Virus record (IMG/VR): IMGVR_UViG_3300029787_004006
Location: 1 to 25,914 of that record
Origin: a virus
Lineage: Duplodnaviria; Caudoviricetes
Direction: 5' to 3' (one strand)
DNA length: 25,914 bases
Position numbers and translations under genes: made by a program. Shown piece by piece: positions 16,907-25,867 of this stretch. Positions within the stretch are counted from its first letter, which is position 1. Each line of letters starts with the position of its first letter. The notes beneath the pieces were generated by a model. That model was not told the origin of the DNA. It searched no databases and was given only the letters and a program-made list of their open reading frames with translations.

Positions 16907-17720
16907 AGATAGACCACTTCAGTTAGACTTATGTCTTAACAGTATAAAGAAAAACTTTAAAGATTCTACTCAAAATATTGTTATACATAACAACTCGGAA
17001 CAATTTCATAAAGTCCACCAAACCCTAAAAGAAGAACACCAAGATGTAGAGTTTTGGCAGCAGTCAGACTCTTTATTTAAAGATGTTCTTCACGCTATAT
17101 CAGGTGCTAAAAATAACTTTATATGTTTCTTTACAGATGATGATATATTTTATGCTCCATTTGTGTGTGATGACTATGGTTTTGTAGAAGATACTAATCT
17201 AAGCTGCTTATCACTAAGAATGGGTCTGAACATAGTAGAAAGATCCCACGCAGGACAAACTGCGCCTGACGTTTGTAATAAGGGTTGGAAAACTGACAAC
17301 GGTATGATAGCTTGGCCTAAAACTTTTCATGGATACGGATCTTACTGGTCTTATGATTTGTCTGTAGATGGACATGTTTATAGAAAGTCTTTAATATTAG
17401 ACATGATAGACGAACTTTGCTTCATACAACCTAGATATAATTGGGGAAATACTCCAAACGTTTTAGAAAGTACAATACAAAGATTTTGGACAAACGGCCC
17501 CAACTTTATAATGGCTCCAGAGCATAGCGTTGTGGTAAATAGCCCCAACAACAGAGTGCAAAAAACACACGAAAACAAATCTGGAGAAGTGCATGATTAT
17601 AGTTCAGAGTTTTTGCTTGACAAATATGAATCTGGCAGTAGAATTGATCTAGATATGCTAGATTTTTCTGATATTAAGTGTCCACATACAGAAATTGACA
17701 TACTAAAAGGACTAAAATGA
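16878..17720 (+). CDS. Putative GT-A fold glycosyltransferase
   Basis: IIFSKDRPLQLDLCLNSI N-terminal strand/helix and FFTDDDIF (DxD). TTG start (16878 or 16881) after AAGGA. Confidence 0.55.
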   Translation: MLITSIIFSKDRPLQLDLCLNSIKKNFKDSTQNIVIHNNSEQFHKVHQTLKEEHQDVEFWQQSDSLFKDVLHAISGAKNNFICFFTDDDIFYAPFVCDDYGFVEDTNLSCLSLRMGLNIVERSHAGQTAPDVCNKGWKTDNGMIAWPKTFHGYGSYWSYDLSVDGHVYRKSLILDMIDELCFIQPRYNWGNTPNVLESTIQRFWTNGPNFIMAPEHSVVVNSPNNRVQKTHENKSGEVHDYSSEFLLDKYESGSRIDLDMLDFSDIKCPHTEIDILKGLK

Positions 17721-18358
17721 TATTTGATCTAAATGCTATTGAGCAACATACGGGTGTAAAAATTACAGGCGCGATTCATGTGGGCGCTTTCTTAGGCGAA
17801 GAGCTATCCCAATACAGAGCGCTAGGGTTGACAAATACAATATTGTTTGAACCCCAGAAGAAACTTTTTGATATTGTAAATTCTAAGTGTATCATTAAAG
17901 AAAAAGTATTTAATGTAGCACTAGGGTCAGAAGAAGATGTGGTTGGTATGTTTATCTCTGACAGAGAAGGCGGCGTATCTAATGGGGCAGGAGCTTCTAG
18001 CTCTATTCTAGCACCTAAAAAACATCTTACAGAACATCCAGAAGTTACATTTCCTTCAAAAGAATCTATCAACGTAAAAAAATTTGATAGCTTTATAGAA
18101 GAAAACGAAATAGATACAAGCGAGCATAATTTTCTAAATATAGACGTTCAGGGCTACGAATTAGAAGTTTTAAAAGGTATGGGTGATGAGCTTAATAAAA
18201 TACAGCTTATCATAGCAGAGGTAAACAGGGATGAGATGTATGAAGGCTGTCCCATGATAGAAGATATAGATGACTATGTAAAAGAATTTGGCTTCGAGAG
18301 AGTCACAGTTGAATGGCAATCAGAAAGTTGGGGAGATGCACTTTATGTCAAACGTTAA
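17717..18358 (+). CDS. FkbM family methyltransferase
   Basis: IHVGAFLGEE, LFEP, NVALG, SSSIL, LNIDVQGYELEVLKG, WGDALY. Confidence 0.9.
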   Translation: MIFDLNAIEQHTGVKITGAIHVGAFLGEELSQYRALGLTNTILFEPQKKLFDIVNSKCIIKEKVFNVALGSEEDVVGMFISDREGGVSNGAGASSSILAPKKHLTEHPEVTFPSKESINVKKFDSFIEENEIDTSEHNFLNIDVQGYELEVLKGMGDELNKIQLIIAEVNRDEMYEGCPMIEDIDDYVKEFGFERVTVEWQSESWGDALYVKR

Positions 18359-19286
18359 ACATCTGGTAACTTTAAGTGATCACAATTATATCATTAATGG
18401 TATGTGTCTGTATGATTCTTTGTGTGCAACTAGTAAAGATTTTGTACTTCATTATCTTTGTCTAAATCAAGAAACTTACGATGAACTAAACGCTCTTGGG
18501 CTGGACAATCTTAAATGTTACAGAATGGAAGAAATCTATGAAGATCCTGACTTTGAAACACTAAAGTCTAACAATGAAAGCCGTCCTATAGATAGTAGTG
18601 ATGGTCAAAGTCATTTTCATTGGGCGCTAGCGTCTTTCTTTTCTGGTTATCTAATGAGTAATTATGATTTACCTCATGTTTTGTATGTAGATTCTGATAT
18701 TCTTTTTTATCGAGATGTGCAAGAAGTTTTTGATGCTATGGGATCTAAAAGCATAGGTATTATCACTCATAAACATAATAAACTAGACAAAACCACTACA
18801 AATGTAGGATATTATAACGTAGGTATAATTTACTTTAAAAACGATGAAGTTGGAAGCAAGTGTTTAAATTTTTGGAGAGACTGCTGCATACACTCTGATA
18901 ACGAATATTCTGCAATATTTGGGTCATGCGGAGATCAAAAGTATCTTGAGTTGTTTGACGATCTTTTTGGCGAAGAAAACATAGAAATCCTTTGTAGAAA
19001 AGTTGGCAATGGCGCCCCTTGGAACTTTCCTATGTTTGAGTTCTTGTCGCCTACCAAGGTTATATGGAGAGATCCTAACGGATTTGTATTAAACAAGGAC
19101 GAAGAACTAGAACAGGATATTGTTTTTAATCACTTTAGCCACTTTACTCCAGACTATGAAAACAAACGCTTTGCTTTTGATAGAGGTGGAGAATGGGGAC
19201 CAATTTATAATAATCCCGGCGTGACAGATGTATATGTAAATTATATGCACGAATTAATTTCTACAAAAGGAAGATACGGACTATGA
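18345..19286 (+). CDS. GT-A fold glycosyltransferase (GT8/GT77-like)
   Basis: TLSDHNY...LYDSL, YVDSDILFY (DxD), YNVG, GDQKYL, APWN, HFS. ATG 18345 follows GGAG and is preferred over the ORF-track TTG start at 18288. Confidence 0.75.
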   Translation: MSNVKHLVTLSDHNYIINGMCLYDSLCATSKDFVLHYLCLNQETYDELNALGLDNLKCYRMEEIYEDPDFETLKSNNESRPIDSSDGQSHFHWALASFFSGYLMSNYDLPHVLYVDSDILFYRDVQEVFDAMGSKSIGIITHKHNKLDKTTTNVGYYNVGIIYFKNDEVGSKCLNFWRDCCIHSDNEYSAIFGSCGDQKYLELFDDLFGEENIEILCRKVGNGAPWNFPMFEFLSPTKVIWRDPNGFVLNKDEELEQDIVFNHFSHFTPDYENKRFAFDRGGEWGPIYNNPGVTDVYVNYMHELISTKGRYGL

Positions 19287-20176
19287 AAATAACTTTTGGT
19301 ATGATTGTATTAAATGGCGATCAGGTTTTGGAAGAAACTTTGGCGTCTGTATACCCGTATGCGCATCAAATTCTTATAGCTGAAGGTCCAGTGGGATACT
19401 GGCAGCAGCAAGGCTACACGACCTCTGTGGACGGCACAAATGAGATATTAGAAAATTTCCCTGATCCAGACAATAAAATTAAAATTGTTCACTCTCAGTA
19501 TTTAGAGAAAGACGACCAGTGCAATGCCTATATGGAATTTCTTGATGACGAAGCAGATTACATTTGGAATTTAGATTGCGACGAAGTATTTAAGCCAGAA
19601 GATATAGAGAAGGTTATCAATCTATTGGAAACAGAACGATATACTTCTGTAGGATTCAAAAGCGTAACATTTTATGGTGGGTTTGACAAATGTCTTGGAG
19701 GCTTTGAAGAAGGCGCAGAGTTTATGCGAATTAGAAAAGTTTATCCCGGTTCATACTGGGCAACGCATAGACCGCCAACGATAGCTCACAAGATCGACAA
19801 TCCTTGGCCTGAAAAGCATCTTAACTTTGACGAGCTTGCAGAAAAGCATGGCGTTAGAATGTATCACTACTCCTACGTCTTTCCAGATCAGGTGTTTAAC
19901 AAATTAAAATACTATAAAGAATACCTAAGCGGAAACAACTGTATAGATAATTATTTTCAAGAAGTTTATCTGCCTTGGGTTCTAGGTAACGAAGAACAGA
20001 AAAATGAAATAGAAGATCATTATCGCGGTGTGCATGAGTTTAAACCATCTTATAGAGGTGTCTGCCGCACCAAAGATTTTCAAGGAGAGCATCCAGAAAT
20101 TATCAAGGCAAGCATGGAAAAGTTAAAACAAAAATTCAATAATCAATTGAGCAAATACAATGAATACCACCTATAA
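19283..20176 (+). CDS. GT2-like glycosyltransferase
   Basis: MIVLNGDQVLEETLASV, SVDGT, WNLDCDE (DxD), MYHYSY. Confidence 0.78.
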   Translation: MKITFGMIVLNGDQVLEETLASVYPYAHQILIAEGPVGYWQQQGYTTSVDGTNEILENFPDPDNKIKIVHSQYLEKDDQCNAYMEFLDDEADYIWNLDCDEVFKPEDIEKVINLLETERYTSVGFKSVTFYGGFDKCLGGFEEGAEFMRIRKVYPGSYWATHRPPTIAHKIDNPWPEKHLNFDELAEKHGVRMYHYSYVFPDQVFNKLKYYKEYLSGNNCIDNYFQEVYLPWVLGNEEQKNEIEDHYRGVHEFKPSYRGVCRTKDFQGEHPEIIKASMEKLKQKFNNQLSKYNEYHL

Positions 20177-20768
20177 ACATCTAGACTCTTGGAAAAACTC
20201 TACATCAGCTTTTAAACAACAGCTTGATAGAAATAAGCAAGAGCTACAAAATGGATTTCCACCACACTGGATTGACTTTATAGAAATCGCAAGGCACTTA
20301 GCACCTAAAAGAATTGTAGACGTAGGATGTGGCGCTGGTGTCTATTGTTTTATATCAGAAAAACTCGATATTGATTACATAGGATATGACTATTCACAAC
20401 ATGCTATAGATTTGGCTACGGAAAACTGGGGAGAAAGCTTTGTATGTAAAAGCTATCAAGAATTAGCGCCGGAAGACATAGATGATGGAGACTTTGTTGT
20501 AGCTAATGCTATTTGTGATGTTTTGCCAAATGGTGACGAATGTCTTAGGCATTTGTTGTCTTTGGATGCCGATAATATTCTTGTGCAAAGGGTTAGACTA
20601 ACAAATAAAGAAAGTTACTTTACAGAGTACCAAGCGTATGATATAATGACTTATGAGTTTTATCATAATGAAGAAGAGCTTCATAAAGATATAATTCAAT
20701 CTGGATACGAATTAAAAAAGATAAACTTGTACGAAGACATATTTGATTTATACATAAGGAAAAGATGA
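20160..20768 (+). CDS. Class I SAM-dependent methyltransferase
   Basis: Motif I VDVGCGAG and motif II IGYDYS. Confidence 0.85.
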   Translation: MNTTYKHLDSWKNSTSAFKQQLDRNKQELQNGFPPHWIDFIEIARHLAPKRIVDVGCGAGVYCFISEKLDIDYIGYDYSQHAIDLATENWGESFVCKSYQELAPEDIDDGDFVVANAICDVLPNGDECLRHLLSLDADNILVQRVRLTNKESYFTEYQAYDIMTYEFYHNEEELHKDIIQSGYELKKINLYEDIFDLYIRKR

Positions 20769-21643
20769 TGGCAGAAAGAAGACCGGTGGTTGCAATTCCT
20801 CCTTCTTACAACAAAAACGAAGACCTTGAGACAGATAGTACTAAAAGTTACTTGAACTATCTTAAACAAAACGGTGCTGAATGTGTCATGACAACAGCAG
20901 GCACTTCTCAGTTTAATCTTCTTAACACAGAAGAAGTTCACACGCTTAATGAGGCTGTTTCGAGCTTTGAAGGTCAAAAAATATTAGGGGTTCCTGCGCT
21001 TCCTATTCGTCATACCGTTGACTTTATCAAGCAGGCTAAAGACACTTACTTGGATGAAAATTCAAGCCTGATGGTGCTTTATCCAGACAGATATTATTAC
21101 GATAGTGTCTTAGAACGTTTTTTAGAAACGGTGACAGACCACACAGATAAGGTTTATTTACACACGCCCAAGATGAGAAACGGTAAGGGTGGCGATTATG
21201 AGTATTCATCTAGGCTAATATCTTGCATGTTTACTTGGGGGCTAGCCGGAATTAAAGAAGAAAACTCAAGCCTTCAACAATCTTACGATTTTGTAAGAAA
21301 CTTACCAGAAGATTTAGACGTTATAGTTGCTGGTGGTAGCATGAGAAGATTTCAATTTCTGGAATCTGCTGGTGCAAATTCTTTCTTAGCTGGAATAGGT
21401 AATCTGTTTCCTGATATTGAAAACAAGTTTTTATCCTCACAAAAAGATAGACAGCAAGCGCTAGACATTGAGTCAAAATTCTTTGATGTAACTTCCAAGA
21501 TTGGCTGGCATCCAGCGCTTAGGTCATCGTTAAAAGAAATGGGTCTTACTTGTTTTTACAACAGGCAACCTTGGCCGGAACTATCCCATGTAGAATTTTT
21601 AGAACTAGCAACAGTCATTAAAGAGGTACAAAGCTATGAGTAA
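20765..21643 (+). CDS. DapA/N-acetylneuraminate lyase family class I aldolase
   Basis: TTAGTSQF (GTTGE-like), L..EE, PDRYY, Schiff-base Lys in GIKEE, GIGNLFP. Confidence 0.75.
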   Translation: MMAERRPVVAIPPSYNKNEDLETDSTKSYLNYLKQNGAECVMTTAGTSQFNLLNTEEVHTLNEAVSSFEGQKILGVPALPIRHTVDFIKQAKDTYLDENSSLMVLYPDRYYYDSVLERFLETVTDHTDKVYLHTPKMRNGKGGDYEYSSRLISCMFTWGLAGIKEENSSLQQSYDFVRNLPEDLDVIVAGGSMRRFQFLESAGANSFLAGIGNLFPDIENKFLSSQKDRQQALDIESKFFDVTSKIGWHPALRSSLKEMGLTCFYNRQPWPELSHVEFLELATVIKEVQSYE

Positions 21644-22409
21644 AGTATGGATTCTTGGCCCCTGCTCAATAGAAAACAGAGACTTGTTTTTTGAGTGCTT
21701 GACTCGCATAAACAATATCATGCGTGATGGCGACGATTGGTATATGAAGGCTAGCTTTGATAAGGCTAACAGAACATCACTACATGGAGGGCGCGGTCCC
21801 GGTTTAGATGAGGCAGTTTCTATATGGCAAGAAGCGCGTTCCGCGTTTCCAAATGTTAAATTCACCACAGATGTGCATGAGTGCTGGCAAGTTGAGAAGC
21901 TGGTAGATGTTATTGATATGGTTCAGATACCGGCCTTTCTTTCTAGGCAAACGGATCTTATTATAGAATGCGCAAAACATTTTCCAATTATAAATGTAAA
22001 GAAGGGTCAATGGTTAGGGCCAAACAATGTGGTAGCATCTGTAGATAAAATTAAAGAAACAAATGAAGATTGTCAAGCTTGGATTTGCGATAGAGGATCT
22101 AATTTTGGTTATCATGATTTATTTGTAAACTTTGGCATAGTAGATGAACTTAAACAACACTATGATAAAGTTATATTAGATTGCACACACTCTACACAAA
22201 GATCAAGAGCAGTATACGGAACGCAAGGAGATCCTGTATTGGCAGGTAGGTATCTTGTTTCTGCTGATCTTTTTAATTATGATGGAGTGTTTGTTGAAAC
22301 CCATCCAGTGCCAGAAACGTCTGTTTCTGACGGCCAATGTTTAATTCATCTAGATAAATTAGAGCATCTTATAAATAAAGCAAAGGCAGTAGGAGGCTTA
22401 GAAAGGTGA
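21636..22409 (+). CDS. kdsA: 2-dehydro-3-deoxyphosphooctonate (KDO8P) synthase, metal-dependent type
   Basis: GPCSIE, KASFDKANRTS, RGPG, TTDVHE, QIPAFLSRQTDL, NVKKGQ, DCTHS, ETHP, SDG. Confidence 0.92.
   Translation: MSKVWILGPCSIENRDLFFECLTRINNIMRDGDDWYMKASFDKANRTSLHGGRGPGLDEAVSIWQEARSAFPNVKFTTDVHECWQVEKLVDVIDMVQIPAFLSRQTDLIIECAKHFPIINVKKGQWLGPNNVVASVDKIKETNEDCQAWICDRGSNFGYHDLFVNFGIVDELKQHYDKVILDCTHSTQRSRAVYGTQGDPVLAGRYLVSADLFNYDGVFVETHPVPETSVSDGQCLIHLDKLEHLINKAKAVGGLER
22391..22396 (+). promoter_or_regulatory. Shine-Dalgarno site for the unlisted 58-aa ORF
   Basis: AGGAGG 9 nt upstream of GTG 22406. Confidence 0.7.
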
Positions 22410-22582
22410 AGCATCTAAAAGAACACAACATAACTTACCTTGCGCACTTTAAAAAGGCTGTAAGTATAGGAACTAGAATGATCGCTTCTGGTTTTTGCTG
22501 TTGTGTACACGGGCTTTTACCATTTACCTTTACCACTACTGCAAGCAACACTATTAAAAAAATTAACGAGGAAATATCTTGA
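22406..22582 (+). CDS. 58-aa small protein, DUF6356-like; absent from the ORF track
   Basis: Hand translation gives MKHLKEHNITYLAHFKKAVSIGTRMIASGFCCCVHGLLPFTFTTTASNTIKKINEEIS. Perfect RBS and GTGA/TTGA overlaps on both sides. The H..E...TY..H...A...VH..LPF.F..TAS pattern recalls DUF6356. Confidence 0.8.
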   Translation: MKHLKEHNITYLAHFKKAVSIGTRMIASGFCCCVHGLLPFTFTTTASNTIKKINEEIS

Positions 22583-23244
22583 AAACACTAGCAGTAATTC
22601 CAGCTAGAAGTGGGTCAACAAGACTTATAAATAAAAATATATACCAACTAAAAGATAAGCCGCTAATGCGCTGGATAACAGAAGCGGTTGTTAAGTCTGA
22701 ATGTTTTGAAAAAATATTGATATCTACAGATAATGATTTATATTTTGATACTGTTTCTGATTTGCCTGTAGAAAGACACGTAAGGCCAGAAGCTCATGCG
22801 ACAACTAAAGCTACGGTTTTAGACGCTATGATAGATTTAATGCAAGATCAAAAAGGGTACGATGCTTTTGCATATTTCTTACCCACATGCCCATTCGTTT
22901 CTGTTGATGATATAAAAAAAGGATTTGAAACATTAGCAGATGGTCAATGCAATTCTGTTGTAAGCATGACAGAGATACCAGAAACAATTCAACTGGCCTG
23001 TCTGATGAGTCAAGACAATTCAGTATTGCCCGTGTTTGATAATCTTGAGTCGGGTTTGACCAATAGTAAATTTATTAAAAAATACCACAAGCCATCTGGA
23101 GCGTTCTATATGGCGATGTGGGACTACTTGCTAGAAAATAAAAACTTCTTTAAAGCATCTACTAAAGGTGTGATAATACCACCGGAAAGATCTATAGATA
23201 TAAATACTTTACAAGATATGAAATATGCGGAGTCTATAATATGA
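22579..23244 (+). CDS. Acylneuraminate (NeuA/PseF-type) cytidylyltransferase
   Basis: AVIPARSGSTRLINKNI, ISTD, PTCPF, SVVS, GAFY, SIDINTLQD. TTG start after GAGGA. Confidence 0.88.
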   Translation: MKTLAVIPARSGSTRLINKNIYQLKDKPLMRWITEAVVKSECFEKILISTDNDLYFDTVSDLPVERHVRPEAHATTKATVLDAMIDLMQDQKGYDAFAYFLPTCPFVSVDDIKKGFETLADGQCNSVVSMTEIPETIQLACLMSQDNSVLPVFDNLESGLTNSKFIKKYHKPSGAFYMAMWDYLLENKNFFKASTKGVIIPPERSIDINTLQDMKYAESII

Positions 23245-23912
23245 TACAAAATTTAAGCACTGATACACCGCTAGAAGAAATGAGAAAAACCCTGTTTCGC
23301 GATGGAGTTTTTAAGATAGAGAACTATCTAAAAGGTTCTGATCTAACAAGTCTATATGATGAAGTATATACTAGATGTCAGCATGACGCTGGACACTATG
23401 AATTTGGAAGGAACTACAGGGGAGATGATCTATCTACATATCCAGAAGATAGCGCAATATCAAAAACCTACAACGAAAAATGGATGAAAGATCTCCACGC
23501 CTTGTATACAGGAAGTCCTGACAGATACGGCATTAACGTTTTTGCGACTCATGATTATAAATTTGATGGCGAACTTGCTAGAAATGGCTGGCTGCACTTT
23601 GATAGGCTCTGGAGACTAAAGTTTTTCATTTATCTTACCGATATAGATAATAGCTCAGGCGCTTTTGCTTGTTCTGTTGGTTCTAGGGCTATGGGCGAAG
23701 GCTTGAGACACAAGGCTTGGAACACCCCAGAATATGAAGAAGTTAAAAACAGAATAGAGCTTGACTACCCAGATCTAGCTATTGAATATCCTGCGGAACC
23801 TGTAGAAGCTCCGGCTGGCACTTTGATTGTATTTGATACCAACACTTTCCACAAGGGCGGCAAATGTCAAAAGGGAAAAGAAAGACTAGTAGTGAGGTTA
23901 CATTGTGAGTAA
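23241..23912 (+). CDS. PhyH-like Fe(II)/2-oxoglutarate dioxygenase
   Basis: RDGVFKIENYL, HFD (HxD), FIYLTD, AGTLIVFDTNTFHKG (distal His), terminal R. Confidence 0.82.
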   Translation: MIQNLSTDTPLEEMRKTLFRDGVFKIENYLKGSDLTSLYDEVYTRCQHDAGHYEFGRNYRGDDLSTYPEDSAISKTYNEKWMKDLHALYTGSPDRYGINVFATHDYKFDGELARNGWLHFDRLWRLKFFIYLTDIDNSSGAFACSVGSRAMGEGLRHKAWNTPEYEEVKNRIELDYPDLAIEYPAEPVEAPAGTLIVFDTNTFHKGGKCQKGKERLVVRLHCE

Positions 23913-25077
23913 ACATGAATTTTTAGATTTAGGTAGACAACCCATAGCAAATCGCTTTTTAAATCAAGACGAATTTGAAGATGAGTTTTTTTACGATCTT
24001 AAAGTTGGGTTTGATACAGAAACATGTTTGGTGACGCATATAGACTATGTAGATGCACCCATGATGTTTAATGATGAATATTCATATAGAGGCTCTATGT
24101 CTGCCACTATGAGAAATCATTTTTCAAGGTTTAGCAACGATATCAAAAGAACACTACCAATTACACCCAAGGTTTTAGAGATTGGAAGTAATGATGGTGT
24201 TTTTATAAAAAACTGGGATACAAAAACATCTTTTGCCGTAGAGCCATGCGGAAACTTTGCAAAAGAAACTAATGATCTAGGATACAAAACTTATAATGAT
24301 TTTTGGACAAAGGATTTAGCAAATAAAATTCTTGTAGAGAAAGGCGATATGGATTTAATATTCTCTGCAAATTGCATGTGCCATATACCAGATCTAGACG
24401 AAGCATTCTCTGCTGTAGAAAGTATCCTAAGTTTAAATGGGGTGTTTGTATTTGAAGATCCTTCTTTGGCGGAAATGATAAATGTAAACTCTTACGACCA
24501 AATATATGATGAGCATCCACACATCTTTTCTGTAACTGCTCTAAGTAAAATATTAGAAAGAAACGGTCTGACAATAGTAAAGGTTGACAATACTAATGTT
24601 CATGGAGGATCTAATAGGATCTGGGCCAAAAGATCTAACTTTGCAAATCCGCATAAGAGTGTACAAAATAATCTGGATCTAGAAAGACTTTTAGGTTTGT
24701 ATACCCTAAACACGATGGAGCGCTTTGCGGAAAGGGTGCAACAATCCAAGCTTGATTTAAGACAACTTCTTATAAGATGTGAAGAACTAGGTAAAAAGGT
24801 TATAAGCTATGGAGCAACTTCCAAGTCTACAACTATATTTAACTATTGCAATATTGGGCCGAGTCTGATACAATATATAACAGATACAACGCCAGAGAAA
24901 CAAAATAAATATTCTCCGGGTGTCCATATACCAATTATATCCCCAGAACAAGGGTTTAATAACACTATTGATTTTGCTTTTTTAGGCGCTTGGAATTTTG
25001 CTCAAGAGATTAGAAATAAAGAACAGAATTTTAATGGAAAATTTATTACTCATGTCCCTACGGTTAAATTACTATGA
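23905..25077 (+). CDS. NDP-hexose C-methyltransferase (TcaB9/EryBIII/NovU-like)
   Basis: LDLGRQPIAN, EIGSNDG, YDQIYDEH, HGGS, YGATSK, KQNKYSPGVHIPI, AWNF. GTG start after GAGG. Confidence 0.88.
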   Translation: MSKHEFLDLGRQPIANRFLNQDEFEDEFFYDLKVGFDTETCLVTHIDYVDAPMMFNDEYSYRGSMSATMRNHFSRFSNDIKRTLPITPKVLEIGSNDGVFIKNWDTKTSFAVEPCGNFAKETNDLGYKTYNDFWTKDLANKILVEKGDMDLIFSANCMCHIPDLDEAFSAVESILSLNGVFVFEDPSLAEMINVNSYDQIYDEHPHIFSVTALSKILERNGLTIVKVDNTNVHGGSNRIWAKRSNFANPHKSVQNNLDLERLLGLYTLNTMERFAERVQQSKLDLRQLLIRCEELGKKVISYGATSKSTTIFNYCNIGPSLIQYITDTTPEKQNKYSPGVHIPIISPEQGFNNTIDFAFLGAWNFAQEIRNKEQNFNGKFITHVPTVKLL

Positions 25078-25475
25078 GCGTTCAATATCATGAAGACGAT
25101 AGAGGTCAAAGACTTCTAAATATATTTCCAGAATTAGATGGTCAAGTTAATATTACCCATGTAAATTCTACATCACATATTGTAGCTTGGCATAAACATA
25201 TTCTACAAACAGATTACTGGTTCTGCCCTAAGGGATCTTTTAAGGTAGGGCTTGGTTTTCCACAGCCAGATGGTTCTGTAAAGGTGGAATGGGAGTATAT
25301 ATCTGATAAAAATCACAAAGTTTTAACGATAAAGCCCGGAACTTGGCATGGATATATGGCGCTTCAGCCAGAGTCTATCATGATGTATTATCTAACTCAT
25401 AAATACAATCCTAAAGATGAATGGAAGACACCTCCGGGATCTTTTGGAGAAGACTGGGGGGTTGTGAATAAGTGA
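25074..25475 (+). CDS. RmlC-like NDP-4-keto-6-deoxyhexose 3,5-epimerase cupin
   Basis: HEDDRG, AWHKH, Q.D, LTIKPGTWHG, Y.P.DE. Confidence 0.75.
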   Translation: MSVQYHEDDRGQRLLNIFPELDGQVNITHVNSTSHIVAWHKHILQTDYWFCPKGSFKVGLGFPQPDGSVKVEWEYISDKNHKVLTIKPGTWHGYMALQPESIMMYYLTHKYNPKDEWKTPPGSFGEDWGVVNK

Positions 25476-25867
25476 ATACAGTAGAAGATGTAAAAGTAAT
25501 TAACTTTATAGGATTTTCACAAGACGGATTACTTGTACCCATAGAAGATGTGCCATTTGAAATTAAAAGAATTTTCTACGTTTCTGGAGTACGGTCACAA
25601 AACCCAAGAGGCAAACACGCACATCACAAGACCTGTCAAATATTGTTCTGTCTGACAGGTTCTATATTGTGCATCTGTAGGGATCAACAAGGCTATTCTC
25701 AAGATTTTTTACTAGACGAACCAACAAAAGGGCTATACATACCAGAAATGATTTGGGATGAACAGATTTATCAATCTGAAGACGCCATACTGCTTTCTGT
25801 CTGTAATACAAAATATAATAAAGACGATTACATAACAAATTGGAAGGATTTTATAAATGTTAATTAA
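25472..25867 (+). CDS. FdtA/QdtA (WxcM-like) sugar 3,4-ketoisomerase cupin
   Basis: GLLVPIE.VPFEIKRIFYV, RGKHAH, GLYIPEMIW, Y...DYI. Confidence 0.85.
   Translation: MNTVEDVKVINFIGFSQDGLLVPIEDVPFEIKRIFYVSGVRSQNPRGKHAHHKTCQILFCLTGSILCICRDQQGYSQDFLLDEPTKGLYIPEMIWDEQIYQSEDAILLSVCNTKYNKDDYITNWKDFINVN

Noticed and set aside
23241-23912. TET/JBP-type DNA base hydroxylase
   Set aside because: The motif layout is PhyH-like and the gene sits among sugar-pathway enzymes. Nothing in the sequence indicates TET/JBP.
264-24574. Short minus-strand ORFs and nested alternative-frame ORFs in the track (e.g. 264-551, 2882-3190, 6211-6528, 11784-11984, 16127-16483, 24269-24574)
   Set aside because: All lie within well-supported + strand genes, have no recognisable motifs, and are of the length expected by chance.
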